DNA of 64,000 nt from NCBI RefSeq assembly GCF_009914755.1, contig NC_060930.1, one strand, 5' to 3'. Position 1 is the stretch's first letter. Each line of letters opens with the position of its first letter. This document shows positions 23,866 through 36,540 of this stretch, piece after piece. A model generated the notes under the pieces. It was given only the letters and a program-made list of their open reading frames with translations, ran no database searches and was not told the origin of the DNA. This DNA comes from the human T2T-CHM13v2.0 reference genome, Homo sapiens. The position numbers were made by a program, and so were the translations under genes.

Positions 23866-26800
23866 GGCCATGAGATGAATCCAACCTAGATTCTGCTCTC
23901 AAATGTCCTCCCCAAGACAAGACATGTATCTTTAACCATAGCAGAAAGCAGAGAGTACATTAAGACTTTAGAGACAGAGAAGTGAGACTGGGGTTCAAAC
24001 GGGTCAGAGGTTAGGGCTGCAGGTGGAGGGTGCGAGTGGGCGTTTCTGGGGATACACCATGCTTCTGGGTACCAGTGCATCACGTGGGCAAGTGGACATG
24101 AGTTGAGACTGCTTTCTAGACCAAGGCCAAAAGGGAGTAGATGGCCAGGGGTGAGCCAGTGGTGAGATGACCTCCAGTGGCAGCGGCAGAAGCTGAAAAG
24201 GAGGCCACGGTGAGGTCACGCCCCCCGGAGGCTCAGCACCAATCAGATGAGAGATAAAGACACGTGAGACCAGGAATATGATGCAGGAGCTGCAGTGTTT
24301 CACTCCAAGCTTATGAGAAAGTTGAGGAGGAAAATAATAATAGCCGCCCCTGTTCTTTGAAGATTCTTTATTCTTAAGCATCTTGACTTGCGTCTTCCAA
24401 AGGAAATTCTGAAACAAGGATTTGAATTCAAGTGGTTTCTTTGGGCCGTGAGCACAGGGAGCATGGAACTGGGCAGGGAAGGGAGGCAGCCACTTCAGGG
24501 TGCAATATTGAGTAGACGACGGCTGTGGGCCACTGGGGTTCGGTCCTGCTGGGGAGGCCTGGGGCCCTGTGTGGAACACACCTCACGCTTGAGCAATGAG
24601 CATGTGTGGGGACATGGGTGAGGCACCAAGAGCCCCGGCCCCACTGGGAATAGCAGAGTGTCTTCTAGCTATCCCACCAGGGAACGAGCTAAAGGTGCCA
24701 CTAGAAGGGACTCAGACTCTTGGAAGTGTAGAATCTGGGAGAGAACTAACCTGAAAATCTGAAAGAATTAGAGAAAACGAACTAGTTTCCCTTTCCCCTG
24801 TCCTCTTACCCAGGCTTAAGAAGCTGCCATCTCTGATGATTGCATTTCCTACCCCACCCTGGAGGAAATTATGAGCACTGGGATCTGTTGGTCTTTCTAA
24901 ATGGAGTAAAAATTGAATTCCCTTTCCTTTCCTTGCCTGCCAACCCGCTCATTCTTCACACACCCATGTTGCTTGGCCCCTGAGTATACTTGACATTCAT
25001 TTTCCAGGGAGATGGTCTGAGTTTAAGTCTGGTGGGAAGAGGAGGTCCCTGGAGGGAAGACCAGGGCTCAAGGGCTGGGGTCCAGCCTCCTTGTCTGCAC
25101 ACAGAAGGATTTTATCATGGCTTGGGACCAGTTCCTTCACCGTTTCCTTTTTCTCTCCCCACCCCCAGTGTGTTGTTTCAGAGAACTGGAGGTGCTTCCT
25201 TTTATCTCTAACTTGAGTATTCCGAGTTCTAATTAAGTTCATTTCAGCCTTCTGATTTAAGAAGCCTTATCAGGAATACTTAACCTGTGCAAATAATACG
25301 TGGAGCCAGCCAGCACTGGCCCTGCATGCTAATTGAACCTCACACAGGATCTCGACACAGCCAAGTTGCCAGGTCACCAATAAGCTCCTGAGAGGTCAGA
25401 GGAAGGCACTCATCTAAGAGTGAGAGAATCCAGCCTGGGCTTTTCACAACCCAAAGTCCTGGGCCTGGATTGTTGGCAACTGGATTGCTCAGCCACTGGG
25501 GTCTAACGAGCTGGGGGTATAATCAGGAGGTGCTTCTGAGGTTTGTTCCAGTCCCAGATGTCCAGCACTCCCCATAGGCCCAGCACAGCTTCACCAGCTA
25601 TGCTTTGTTCCCCCACAGACCTGGTTTCTTAGTCTAGAGGGAGGGGAGAAAGCTGGGCCACAAATGACCAAGGCAAACAACTTTCATAAGAAGCCGGGTG
25701 AGAAAGAAAGGACATCAGCCTGGGAATGCTGAGGCCAGGGTTCCAGTTCTTCCTCTGCCAGTAACCAGCTAAGACAAGTTACCTTCCTTTGTGGCCTCAA
25801 TGTTCACACTGGGACTGCTCAGAGATTTGGTCTTGTGCCACGTGGAGCCCTTGGCTCTCAGACCTGAAGACCAGCAGAGGCTGAGTGGAGTTCTGGCCCT
25901 TAAACCTCCTTAATCAAAGAAGCTGCCATTTCTCTGTTAGCTATCAGAATCCACAAAAGATTTAATTTGTGGGAAATAAAAGATTCTGTAGCTATAAATT
26001 AGTGTAAACTATTGGGTTAAGTGATCTCTCTGCTTCCTTCCAATTCTAACAATCTTAGTTTTCAAAATCCAGAACTAGAACTTGGTTCAATGGTCTCTCT
26101 CTGTTCCCAGAGCCATGGAACCCTGAATATATTACATTTTACTCTCAGCATTGTGTCTCTGGGGTCAGGTTAGATGATTGTACAGAACACCGTGCCTCCC
26201 CTGCAACCTCACATTTCCCAGAGATGTTGGCTCAGCTGGTGCAGATGGTGAAACGTTGGGGACATTCCAAAGAGATGCTCCATGAAAGTGATCACAGTCC
26301 AGTGGGCTTAGAACCCACATTTCCAGAACCATATGCAGGAGCAACAGGAACCTGTGAATGATGACTGCCGATGGTGCAGAGAAGTGAGCATATACTGGTG
26401 GGGTAATCAGGGAAGACTTCCTAGAAGGAAGGGATAGAGATGGACAGTCTATATGGAGTTAGGAGTGAGAAAAGGGTAGTATATCCAGATTATGCTCCAT
26501 GCTGATGGATTCTCAGGTCTTGCAAAAGATGAGAGTCAAAACAACGAGGCAGGCTTGGCACACCTGGGTCAGGTAGATTCTCCTCTTCCTCAGAAGAGGT
26601 GTGTCCAAACTCCCCTGAAGTCCAAAGCAGGGCCTAAATGGCGAGTGTTGCTTTTGTTTTTCTGTGAGTGGGAACATGAAGGGGAAACACATCTAAACCA
26701 GGTTCTATCTGTCAGACTAGTTCCACTTGTCTAATAAGCCCTGAGAGACAAATACACTTTGGTAAAGGTAAGGAAAGGAGGGAAGGGTGTGGAGACCTGA

Positions 26801-26945
26801 CTGGCAAGCCTGGGTGTGCAGGAAGCTGGAAGACCAGGCTCAGACAGCAATGACTGAGGCTGAAGCTTGTCCTCCTCCCCCACCCACACATTGCTTTTCT
26901 CTACAGCCCACAGCCAGAGAAGCCAGGAGGATGACTGCAGAGAGC

Positions 26946-27415
26946 TGTGCTGAGTCCTTTATATATGCTCCTCCCCCCAACCCCTCCCCAACAAGACCCC
27001 TGCCCATCCTATGGGATCCCTCACTGGGACTTCGGCCCCCAGGCTTCCGTTTGGGTTTTGCCAATGAAGAACACCAACAGGAGATGGGGGAAGGAAGGAG
27101 AATGCGACTGGGGTGCTCATTCCCAGCTCCCACCCTGCAGGATCCTCAAATGGAGGCCGCAGCTCCTGTCCAGTGGTCCTGTCCATACAACTTGTTCTGC
27201 CTCCGGGTTCTGGCCATTGTTCTTCTGTTCCATCCCCTTGGCCCTTCAGATCTAGGTGTGGGAATGACCCCTGTGTTACTAGCCCTGGACACCACATTAT
27301 TCCTGTGATTTCTGTGTACCCTGCCCTCCTCTTTAAATGGTCCCTTTATTAAACCATCTACAAACTCCCCACTTGCAATGTGGCATCTGTTTCCTGTCTG
27401 AACCCTAACTATGAT
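26946..27415 (+). mobile_element. LTR33-family (ERVL) solo LTR
   Basis: GGCTTCCGTTTGGGTTTTGCCAATG...GCAGCTCCTGTCC...CCCTTTATTAAAC...CATCTGTTTCCTG. Confidence 0.85.
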
Positions 27416-28149
27416 TTGAGCAGTCTCTGCTTGGGCCTGGGGCACAGTGTCCAGTCACACTTCCCTCCTGACTCCACCCCCAAGTCCACGCCCCTTTCCA
27501 TCTCTCCTGGACCTCATTTTCAAGATCCAGACTCTTTGAATTCTGTATCTGGTAACCACTTCTTAGTATGCCTGTCACTCTCATTACAGACAGGCACATT
27601 TTGGTCACATTAAAGAAAAAACACAATGCCAGTGCTTAACACCTGAAAAGACAGCTTTTATCCCGAGTTTTCTAGGTGCAGGCTGTTTTGAGCTGAACCA
27701 GGTTGATCAAGGAATTACATAAGGATTGAGCAAGTTGGAAGGCACCTGCTAATCCAGCAATCAGACAAACCTGTGCAAAATCATCTTGCTTCCTTTCCTA
27801 AAATAAGAATTAAGAAAACAAGCAATTGGCTCTTTTGTTAATTAGAGGATCAGCAAAAACTGGGCCAGTCAGGTAACCACATCGAGGAGTGGGAGGAGGA
27901 AAGAAAAAGGAGGTAGACAGTGCACAGAGATCCATTTTAATGGGGACTCACATGGCTGGGGAGCCTGCCAGGATGACCTCTCAACTTCCAAATCTAGACT
28001 GAACCCCTCATTCTCTCTGTCAGCCTGGATGTTAAGCTGTTTCCAAGGCTGTTCTCTTTGGTTGCCCTCCCTGTAATTGGAAAGTCAGTGTCAAAGGCCA
28101 ATATTATTTTCTCCACCCAAACTCACTCCCAAGGAAGATACACACTGAA

Positions 28150-28360
28150 TACGAGAAAGCATAGAGTTTGAAATTAACCCCCAAATCCTGGAATCAACCC
28201 TCAACCCCTCCATTGAAAGTCTGTGTGATCTCAGGCAAGCAACCCTGTTTCTCTTGAGCCTCAGTTTTCTTCTCTATAAAATTAATCTTACATCATGGAA
28301 TTGTTGTGAAAATAAGGAAAATGACCCAATTCAATACCTGGCACACAGTAACTTCATCCA
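28150..28360 (+). mobile_element. MIR SINE
   Basis: CTGTGTGATCTCAGGCAAG...GAGCCTCAGTTTTCTTCTCTATAAAA...CCTGGCACACAGTAA. Confidence 0.8.
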
Positions 28361-28479
28361 TGCTGGTCCCTTTCCTTTCCATTCTCCTTCAAACCATTCT
28401 CTGGGCTCTGTTTCTCCCCCTCTAGATTGTTGCCATCACTTCTGCATTAAACGTCTATTTTCCCCTCTGTCTGTGCATG

Positions 28480-28930
28480 TCCCTTCTGTCATTTTCTGGC
28501 AGCAGAATCCCCCAAGTCCTTCACCCCTTCCTTTAGGGAGGTGCTCTTCCCAGGCTCCCTCTGGTTTTGGTGGGGCTGTCAGTCCCAGTACTCCTGCCCC
28601 ACTGTATCTCCCATCCCATTAGACCCTGAGGCCAAGCATGAGGCTCGATCAGAGTCCTGTCACAGAATATTCTCTTTTTTTCTGGGCAATGAATGTAAAG
28701 ATGTGACCCCATAAGTGGCTGGCAGCCATATCCTCAGCATGGGGAGAGACCGAGAACATGACAAAGGGGAAAGAGAGTCTTGGGGGACCTAAACCCAAAC
28801 TAATCACCAAGGTCCCCAGAACCTTCTCTTCGGTTCTGTGAGTCCCCTAACTAGTTCCAGTCAATCCTTTTGTGGCCGAGATAATAAGGGTTAGTTTCCA
28901 TGTCTTAAAGCCAAACCTTCTTAACTGACC
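28480..28930 (+). mobile_element. Old MLT1 (K/L-like) LTR
   Basis: GGCTGGCAGCCATATC motif and a MaLR-like 3' end; highly diverged. Confidence 0.5.
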
Positions 28931-28949
28931 TCCCAGAATCGTCTTTGGA

Positions 28950-30020
28950 CCCACTCCTGTTCTTTCTTCAGATTTCAAGCAGAGTAGATTTCTAAGATCA
29001 CAAACCGAATCACGCTCGTCCCTGCTCCCTTGGCTTCCTACTGTTTTTAGAGTTAAGACCAAAATTTTCACTATGGCCTGCCAAGCCCTGCAGGGCCTCT
29101 TTTGCCTTCCCAGTCTCCTCGCTCACCAAGACCATCCCCACCTCCTTGCTCTCTCTGAGTCCTAGCTATTTCTAGGCCTTTGTTCTCACAACTTGGAATG
29201 TCTTTCCACTTGCTGTACACCTAGAACATTTTTACTCAGACTTTGCATCCCAGGGAAACCTCTTTTCCTCAGGGAAGCCTTCCCTGACCCACTTCCGCCC
29301 TCTTTCCAATTTGATCAAGTTGCTGTAACAGGCTCATCTTGCCATATGTGATCCCCTACTGATTTGCAGCATCACTGCATTAATGTCTGTCCCCCTTACC
29401 AGACTGTAAGCTTCCAGAGGGCAGGAACCACACCTGTCTCATTCACTCTAAATCACCTGGGCTTTGAACAGTGCCTGGCAGAGTAAGGCTCTCAAAAGTT
29501 TTTTGAATGAATGAATAGGTGACCCACATACAACCCATTACCTAGTCTTGGTTACTCTTCATTCATGCAGTCTCTCCTTCTGGTTGATTTTCCAGGCCCT
29601 CTGAGTCTACAATGCCTTCTTGCTTACTTCTCACTATCCCCCTCCCCAACTAATTCATCAGATCATTTCTGCCTTCCTAAAACCACCTGGTCAATAACCT
29701 CCAATGGCTCCCTATTGCCCAGTATACAAAATAAACATCCACTCACTGGAGTTCTCCAAACTTATCCCCACTAGACAGCAGCCACAGCAATCCCCTGCCA
29801 CCCCTGCTGCCCCCTCTGCATTCACACACCCATATACATTCTTCACAGGGGTGGTTGCCTCTGCTGTTCCCCTACTTGGAGGGTCTTCTCTCTCTTGCCA
29901 TCCGTATCCTATATCTTCTACAAATCTCTGTGCAGAACCACTGCCTCTGTAGAGCTCCATTTATTAAATTCTCCCCACAGTAAGTCTTCCATCTCTGAGT
30001 TCTTCTCACAGTGATCCATT
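28950..30020 (+). mobile_element. Two L2 3' fragments (about 28950-29517 and 29660-30020)
   Basis: CTCAGGGAAGCCTTCCCTGACC; CAGACTGTAAGCTTCCAGAGGGCAGG; ACAGTGCCTGGC...TGAATGAATGAAT. Confidence 0.8.
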
Positions 30021-30149
30021 GATTATATTTAAACTTAAAACTTTTTTCCAGATATTTCATAATTGGTATAGTTCCTTGCAGGTCACTGAGCCCTTTCATA
30101 CATATGAGCTAATTTGATCCTAAAAACTTTGTAGGGAATTCGGGGCAAG

Positions 30150-30640
30150 TATTTTAGGGAAAATTCAACTCCCAGGATCAGAAACCCACGGAGTTCGCAT
30201 AAGTAGAAGGTATTTATTAGAAAGGAACTGGTGCAGAGCATGCATCCTAATATCAGGGAGTGCAGGCTGGTCTCCAGGGGCCTAGAAAGGCATCCCGCAG
30301 GCTTCCTTCTCTCTTTCTGCTCTCCTTCTCATCTCTGGTCTCTCTTCACTCTATCTGTTCCATTCTCCTCTCTGCAAACCAGCCTCTTCTGAAAAGCTCC
30401 CCATAAATTCAGTGTCAACATAACTTTGAGTTCTTATGGTGCCAAGTCTGGCTCCAGCTCTGAAATTATCACTCTGGGTCTCAACGTCATCCAAAGTTTC
30501 AATGTCTCTTCTCAATATCTCAGTTCAAGTTCTCAACAGAAACACTGATTGGTTACTAGCCATCCAGTTCAGTGGCTAGTTTGAGCCACTTGCCCACCCC
30601 TGGCACAATGAGCTGTAGAAATAAGTCACATTGCCCATAG
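30150..30640 (-). mobile_element. Ancient MaLR/ERVL-like LTR
   Basis: CAGAAACCCA...ATTTATT near the start; CTGATTGG...TGCCCACCCCTGG...AATGAGCTGT near the end. Confidence 0.45.
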
Positions 30641-30689
30641 CCCATTCAGCAAGGTCTGGGTGACGGCACGGCAGTGAGCTGAACAAGCA

Positions 30690-30940
30690 AAGGGATAGTG
30701 TAGTGTAACGAATACCCAATGTGAGTGCTCAAGTCACAATATCTGTGTACAAATCCTGGCTGTTGTAATTACTAGCTGGTAGCCTTGAAAAGCCACTTCA
30801 CCTCTCTAAGCTTTATTAGGTTTAAAACAGCATCTTTGGTACAGGATTGTTGTGACACTAAAATGCGACAATCTCTGTAAAGCACTTGATACAAGGCCTG
30901 GCACATGATAGATGCTCAATAAATAATGTCTGCTAACATC
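30690..30940 (+). mobile_element. MIR SINE, near full length
   Basis: CAAATCCTGGCT...TTACTAGCTG...GCCTGGCACATGATAGATGCTCAATAAAT. Confidence 0.85.
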
Positions 30941-31453
30941 TGCTACAGTAGGTATTGTGATTCTCATCTTGTTTTTGAAGGTGGTCTAGAGTTCTCAATA
31001 TCAGCTGGAGCCCACACAGAATCGCTGAATCAGAATCCTCAGGAATCCATATTTTGAGTTTCCCCAGGTGTTCCTGGTTCATCCAACCCAGCTCCCTCAT
31101 TTATAGATGGGAAACTGAGGCCCGAAAGGCAAAAGGACTTATACCAGGTCACATTTTGAGCTAGTATCTGAGCCTGGGACCCTGACTCCCTGTGGCACAA
31201 AATGAAGACACGGTTCCCAATGGTGGGGTCTGAACACACTCCTGACAGTGGGGCTTGAAGGTCCACAGGGAGGACAGGGGGTGCCCAGCAGGAATCAGCC
31301 CCACACCTCAGAGCATCTGGGTTTGCACCCAGGTAGACTTCTAACCTGTTTATGTGACATCCAGGGAGTTAGGTTTTGTGCCTCGGTTTCCTCTTGTGTG
31401 ATATAGGTTGGGAATATCCATCAAACTGAATTGTTGTAAGAATTACATGACTT

Positions 31454-31747
31454 GGCCAGGTGCAGTGGCTCATGCCTGTAATCCCAGCACCTTAGGAGTC
31501 TGAGGGGGGTGGATCATGAGGTCAAGAGATTGAGACAAGCCTGACCAACATGGTGAAATCCCGTCTCTACTAAAAATACAAAAATTAGCTGGGCGTGATG
31601 GCATGCACCTATAGTCCCAGCTACTTGGGAGGCTGAGGCAGGAGAATCACTTGAACCCAGGAGGCAGAGGTTCTAGTGAGCTGAGATCGCGCCACTGCAC
31701 TCCAGTCTGGCGACAGAGCAAGACTCTATCTCAAAAAAAAAAAAAAA
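31454..31747 (+). mobile_element. AluSc inserted in a MIR (MIR spans about 31310-31820)
   Basis: GAGGTCAAGAGAT and CTGGCGACAGAGC (AluSc diagnostics); TSD ATTACATGACTT at 31442-31453 and 31750-31761. Confidence 0.97.
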
Positions 31748-32084
31748 GTATTACATGACTTATGATGCATGAAGCTTTAAAAACAGTTCTTAGCACAAAG
31801 CTATATCAGCTATTATTATTATTGATAAACATATACCTTCTGGGTCTCCTTTTGGCTACTAGCTGGTAGGAAGAGACTAAAAAAAAAGATATTTTTGACA
31901 AAGTGTTACTAAATCACAAATGTGAAAAGGACAGCAAACAAATCCAACTAAAACTCTGGGATTCAGCCTCCACACACAAAATTTCCAGTGAGAACATGAA
32001 TAACCACATACACTTATACTGGTAGCTTCACTCCAAATAAACTTAAGGTTCACATGTGTGAATGTGGACACATTCAACACAATA

Positions 32085-32361
32085 CTCCCTGAGGACAGGG
32101 CTGTGTCTCCCCTCAGACTGGGGCTCCCTGAGGACGGGGCTGCGTCTGCTCTCAGACTGGGGCTCCCTGAGGACAGGGCTGTGTCCTTCTCAGACTGGGG
32201 ATCCCCGAGGACAGGGCTGTGTTTCCCCTCAGACTAGGCTCCTTGAGGATGGGGCTGTGTCTCTGTCAGACTGTGGCTTTCTGAGGATGGGGCTATATCT
32301 CCCCTCAGACTAGGGGGGCTCCCTGAGGATGGAGCTGTGTCTTCCCTCAGCCTGGGGCTCC
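32085..32361 (+). repeat. Second array of the 38-39 bp minisatellite, about 7 units
   Basis: CTCCCTGAGGACAGGGCTGTGTCTCCCCTCAGACTGGGGCTCCCTGAGGA..., same unit and orientation as 18097-18790. Confidence 0.95.
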
Positions 32362-32915
32362 ATGTGGTTAGAGACCATCTCTCAACATTCAACTTGGAAG
32401 AGCAGAGACCTCTGGACACTCTCTTCCCTCTTCACTACTGACCTTCAGAGCCTTTGGCAAGGCCCTGCCTGGTATTTGGTCTCTTCCCAGTCTAAACACT
32501 CAGAGCTTATGAACTTTCTCGAAGCCACTTCCTGCCACTCTAATTGTTCCATGCTCTATTTTATGTATTTTAATTCATGCTTTAAATCTTACAGGTACAT
32601 CTCAATTCACTCTGGCAAAAGTCCCCTCTTTAGAAACTGGAATAAATAAATAAATTCTTCCCAGGTAGATGGCAGCCAGAAACCTTAATGTAATTCATAT
32701 CAGCCTGTCACTCTGCCACCTTGGTTCTGTCGTCTGAGAGAGGCCTGTGTGTGGGGTCACCCCAGCAGCCCTCTGTACCTTCCACTCCTGCCTTCTGAGG
32801 GGCACCACTACTCCCAAATGTGCAGTCTTATGGCAGTCACACTCCCCAGATTCTTTAGTTGAAGCCACACATTCTGGCTTGCTTTGTTCAATGTGCTCTT
32901 GTAACAGCTGTACAA

Positions 32916-33096
32916 CAGTGTTTCTCACCCTTGTGGTCAATTTCCATCACCTGGAGAGTTTTTGAAACACATTGATGCCCAGAGTCCACCCCTAGAGATT
33001 TGGGTTTTGTTGGTCTGGGGTGAGACCCTGGTATTGTTTGTTTCTGTAACTCCCCAGGTGATCTTATTTTGCAGCCAGGGTGGTGAACCATCACTG
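32916..33096. mobile_element. MER5A hAT-Charlie element
   Basis: CAGTGTTTCTCA...ATCACCTGGAGAG...CTCCCCAGGTGAT...CACTG; palindromic architecture. Confidence 0.85.
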
Positions 33097-34304
33097 TAGG
33101 AAATTCAGAGGTGAACAAAACCCACGCCCGATTTCCACCATGTCTCATGGAAGGCACAGGCACCTGCCCCATTAGAGGGCTGAGACCCCTTCTCTCTTGT
33201 TTACTGTGGTACTCTCATTGCACTGCCTGGTACATAGTAGGTATCCTATAAATATAAACTGAGTGAAACTTAAGCCACCCTTTTTCCACAGGTACCCTGA
33301 TTTGCCTCACATTTCCAATATAGGTCCCACTACTTACCAACTGGGAGGTCTGGAACAAGTCAACCTACCTTTCTAAGTCTCAATTTGCACATCTTTAAAA
33401 TGGGGGTTCCCTAGGCTGAAGGCTCACCCAGAAAGGAAAAATATGGAGTTCATCAGGAGCTCTGAGGAGCAGAGGTCTACACTGGGATCCTAGAAATGCA
33501 AATTTTGGTTTTGCTTGGGCTGAATTACTGTGTGACCTTGAGCATGTCTCCTGACCTCTCTGAGCCGCTAACCTCCACCAGCCACCCTCTCCCCACCTTT
33601 CAGCATATCGGGTGGCTCTCTGGATTAGGAGTCCACTTTGCTGACCATGGCAGCTGCCCTTGAGACTGACAGGCAGTGTCTGACCAGCCTGAATACTCTC
33701 AGGCTGGAAGTGTGGAAGTGAAGCACAGAAATGCAGCTGTGGAGAGAAAAATCTCTTGATGCGACAGCTCCTGGAAAATCCCTACTCTAACAGGCACAGT
33801 TCTGTCCCCAAGACACAGCCACAGTGCGGGTCAGATTCCAGGGCCCTCTCTCTGTATCATCTGCTCTGGGAGGGGGAATCAGGGCATGAAGTTCACTTCT
33901 GCTCCAGCATGGCATGACAGGGTACTCATCAGTGATGCAGCATTCCACATAGATGGGAAAATGGCACATTGGTTGGAGCTTCCTTCCCCTGGTCCCAGGA
34001 GCTATTTGGGTCACTTTCTCCCATCATAGAAGAAATGTGAATTCCCAGGATGGTGGAGAGAGGGAGGAAGAAATCTGTGCTGATTCTGGAGGTGGGGAAA
34101 TGAGGAAGGAAGTCTCCATGCTTTTTAATAACCCACTCAAGGCAGGAGTTGCTTCCTGACTGCTTAAGCCTGCTGCAATCCTACTTGGAACTTCTAAACA
34201 TCGTATGCTGTCTGCAGAGAATTACACATACATAAATATGACTTGGGGCTGTTTCCATCACTGGGTCTGTGACTTTTTTTTAAAAGGGCAGCTAATAGGG
34301 TGGG

Positions 34305-34535
34305 CAGTATAACAGCTCAGGGTCAGAGAGAAAAAGAATCAAAGCCTAATTTTGCTGATTCTTAGCTGTGCAATCATGGACAATTTAGTTTTACCTCTTT
34401 GACCCCCCATATCCTCATCAATGAAATGGGGACAAGAAAACCCACCCCATAGAATTGCTGACAACGTGGAATTAAATAGCCTGTAATATTTCTAGCACAG
34501 TGCCTTGCCTATTGGACCTGCTCAGTAAATAAATA
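34305..34535 (+). mobile_element. MIR SINE
   Basis: TTAGCTGTG...ATCCTCATCAATGAAATGGGG...CTAGCACAGTGCCT. Confidence 0.75.
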
Positions 34536-34576
<41 letters not shown>

Positions 34577-34610
34577 AACGATGATGATAGTAGTGGTAGT
34601 AATAGTAACA
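34536..34610 (+). repeat. (ATG/GAT)n trinucleotide microsatellite grown from the MIR tail
   Basis: About 13 perfect units followed by degenerate GAT/AGT units. Confidence 0.95.
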
Positions 34611-34859
34611 GTTATGCTCCAGGGCCTTGAGGGTAGGAGCATGTCTTAGAACCCAGTGGAGGGTCAAACACACCAAAGGAGAAGCAGCAAGATGGAAGAT
34701 TTGGGGAGTGAGTGGGAGCAGCCAGACTCACTGCTGGCAAGAGAACAGCACATGCCATGCATCTGTTTATCGCTGCCCCTGCAGATTTCTTCTCCAAAAC
34801 CCCGTAATTAATACTGTGCCTCTTCCGCCCCAGCCCCCAGGCACCTCTTAGGCAGGGAA

Positions 34860-35790
34860 GAAACGTGCCTGCCTTCTGTCCCGAAAAGCACCAGAGAGAG
34901 GCCAAGGCTCAGCGGCAGCGGCGGCTGGCGGACGAGCTGCTGACGCGGGGCTGCCCTGGGCTGCGGGGATTCTTCCCGTTCCCTTGGCAGAAAGGGGCAT
35001 AATTAATCCGCAGCGCTCTCCTTTCGTTAAGCCTTCACGTTTATACCTGAATTAACTTTTCACATCCAGTTAAGACGCATGGGAGGCCCTGTCCGCGCAT
35101 GTCCCAGCGCAGCTGGGAGTGTTGGTTGGAAGTGGGGGCTGCGATGACCTACCACCCAAAAGCTGAGGAGCCTGAGCTTCCAGGTGTCTGGGGGCAGGGA
35201 GGGGTCCAGCTTCCAAGCTCCGCCCAGGCACCCCGGGCAGATGTCAGAAAGGGGAGAAGGGCGTTGCGCTCCAGCCGAGGACCTGCGGAGGAAGGCGTAG
35301 GCCCAAGCGAGAGTGGTGCGAGTGTGTGGGCTCCTTCCCATCTCTCCTGCTGGAAGAGATTGGAGCCTCCTTTGGGGGCTCTGGCTTTGCCAGCCCTAGC
35401 GGGGAGTGGGAGGTGGGGGCTGTTCCAAGAGGGAGGCGAAGTGCGCTCAGCTCTTTAGGTGTCCTCCTCACATTCCTGTTTGGACTTAAGGAAGTCGCAG
35501 TAACACACAGGGGCGCGAGCCCTGGTGCAAACAGGCGGGTGTTTATGGAAGCAACCCCAGGCTCTGGTTTGCTGTAAAAGAGACCTAATCTTGCTTTAGT
35601 TCCCTGGATCCGGAGCCCGTGAAACTGCCAGCGTCTCCTTGACACCCTTCAGGGATATAAACAGGGGCCTGCTGGTGCCCTCCGCTTCGGGAAATGGGCT
35701 ATGTCAAAGCATCTTTCCCCAGACGCCAGGAGGAGTAGGCTGCCTTGCTTCTCTCCTGGCAGCCTCCTTGTGAATCATCCGAGCGAAATG
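34860..35790. promoter_or_regulatory. Orphan CpG-rich island (candidate enhancer or promoter)
   Basis: About 44 CpGs in about 930 bp by hand count, far above the flanks; no recognisable repeat; TAATTAAT at 35000; TATAAA at 35656. Confidence 0.7.
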
Positions 35791-36319
35791 TTTTCTAGGA
35801 ACTACTCAGCCTGCAGTGTTGTGACAGAGGAGGGTATGTTAACGTGCTCTCTCCCTCCCCACCCGCAGTAGTCTCCACGGGCCGTCCCTCCTCCTCCCCC
35901 TTCACCTGCCGCCTTCATGCAGTTCAAGCCATCTGGGTCTTCTCAATCAATACTCCTGCTCCCCCACACCACCCCCAGCCCTAAGCTGGAGTTTAGTCAA
36001 AGGAGAGAAGGGAAGGAGCCAACCAAGGTGCCTGCAAGGTCTCAAGAAATTATTTGCTTCATGATCTTTGTCCTCTAGTGGTTTAAAATCCAGTGGGGGT
36101 GCGGGGGGACAAGACAAGCCTGATAGACATGGCTAGCATGCGGGGAAATGATGAACGCTAGAGTGGTGAGTGATTAAATGTCGGAATGAGTGCTTGGGAC
36201 CAGACTCACACCCTTCGGAGGACGGAAACTCTTGTGGGCTGGCTCTGAGTCACCCAAGGTTTGTCAGGGGAGGTGGGATTTGGACTAAGCCTTCCTAACA
36301 GTCTCTATTCAGTGCATGC

Positions 36320-36540
36320 TGTCAAGATGCCAGGCTGTGAGTTTAGTGCTTGACACCATTATCTCATTTAATCCTTATAACAACCCCATGATCTGGGCAT
36401 TATAATTACCATCCCATCTCCTAGATGAGGAAACAAGCCCAGAGGAGTCAGGGAACTGCCAAGGTCACAAGCTAGTGCATAGCTTTTAAGCTGGACCTGT
36501 CTGACTTCTAAGCCCTGGCTCTGAAACTTAATGCTTTATG
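36320..36540 (-). mobile_element. MIR SINE
   Basis: ATCTCATTTAATCCTTATAACAACCCCATGA...AGATGAGGAAAC...CCAAGGTCACA. Confidence 0.9.

Noticed and set aside
35495-35520. Possible CTCF site CACACAGGGGCGCG
   Set aside because: Several mismatches to the CCASYAGRKGGCRC core when aligned.
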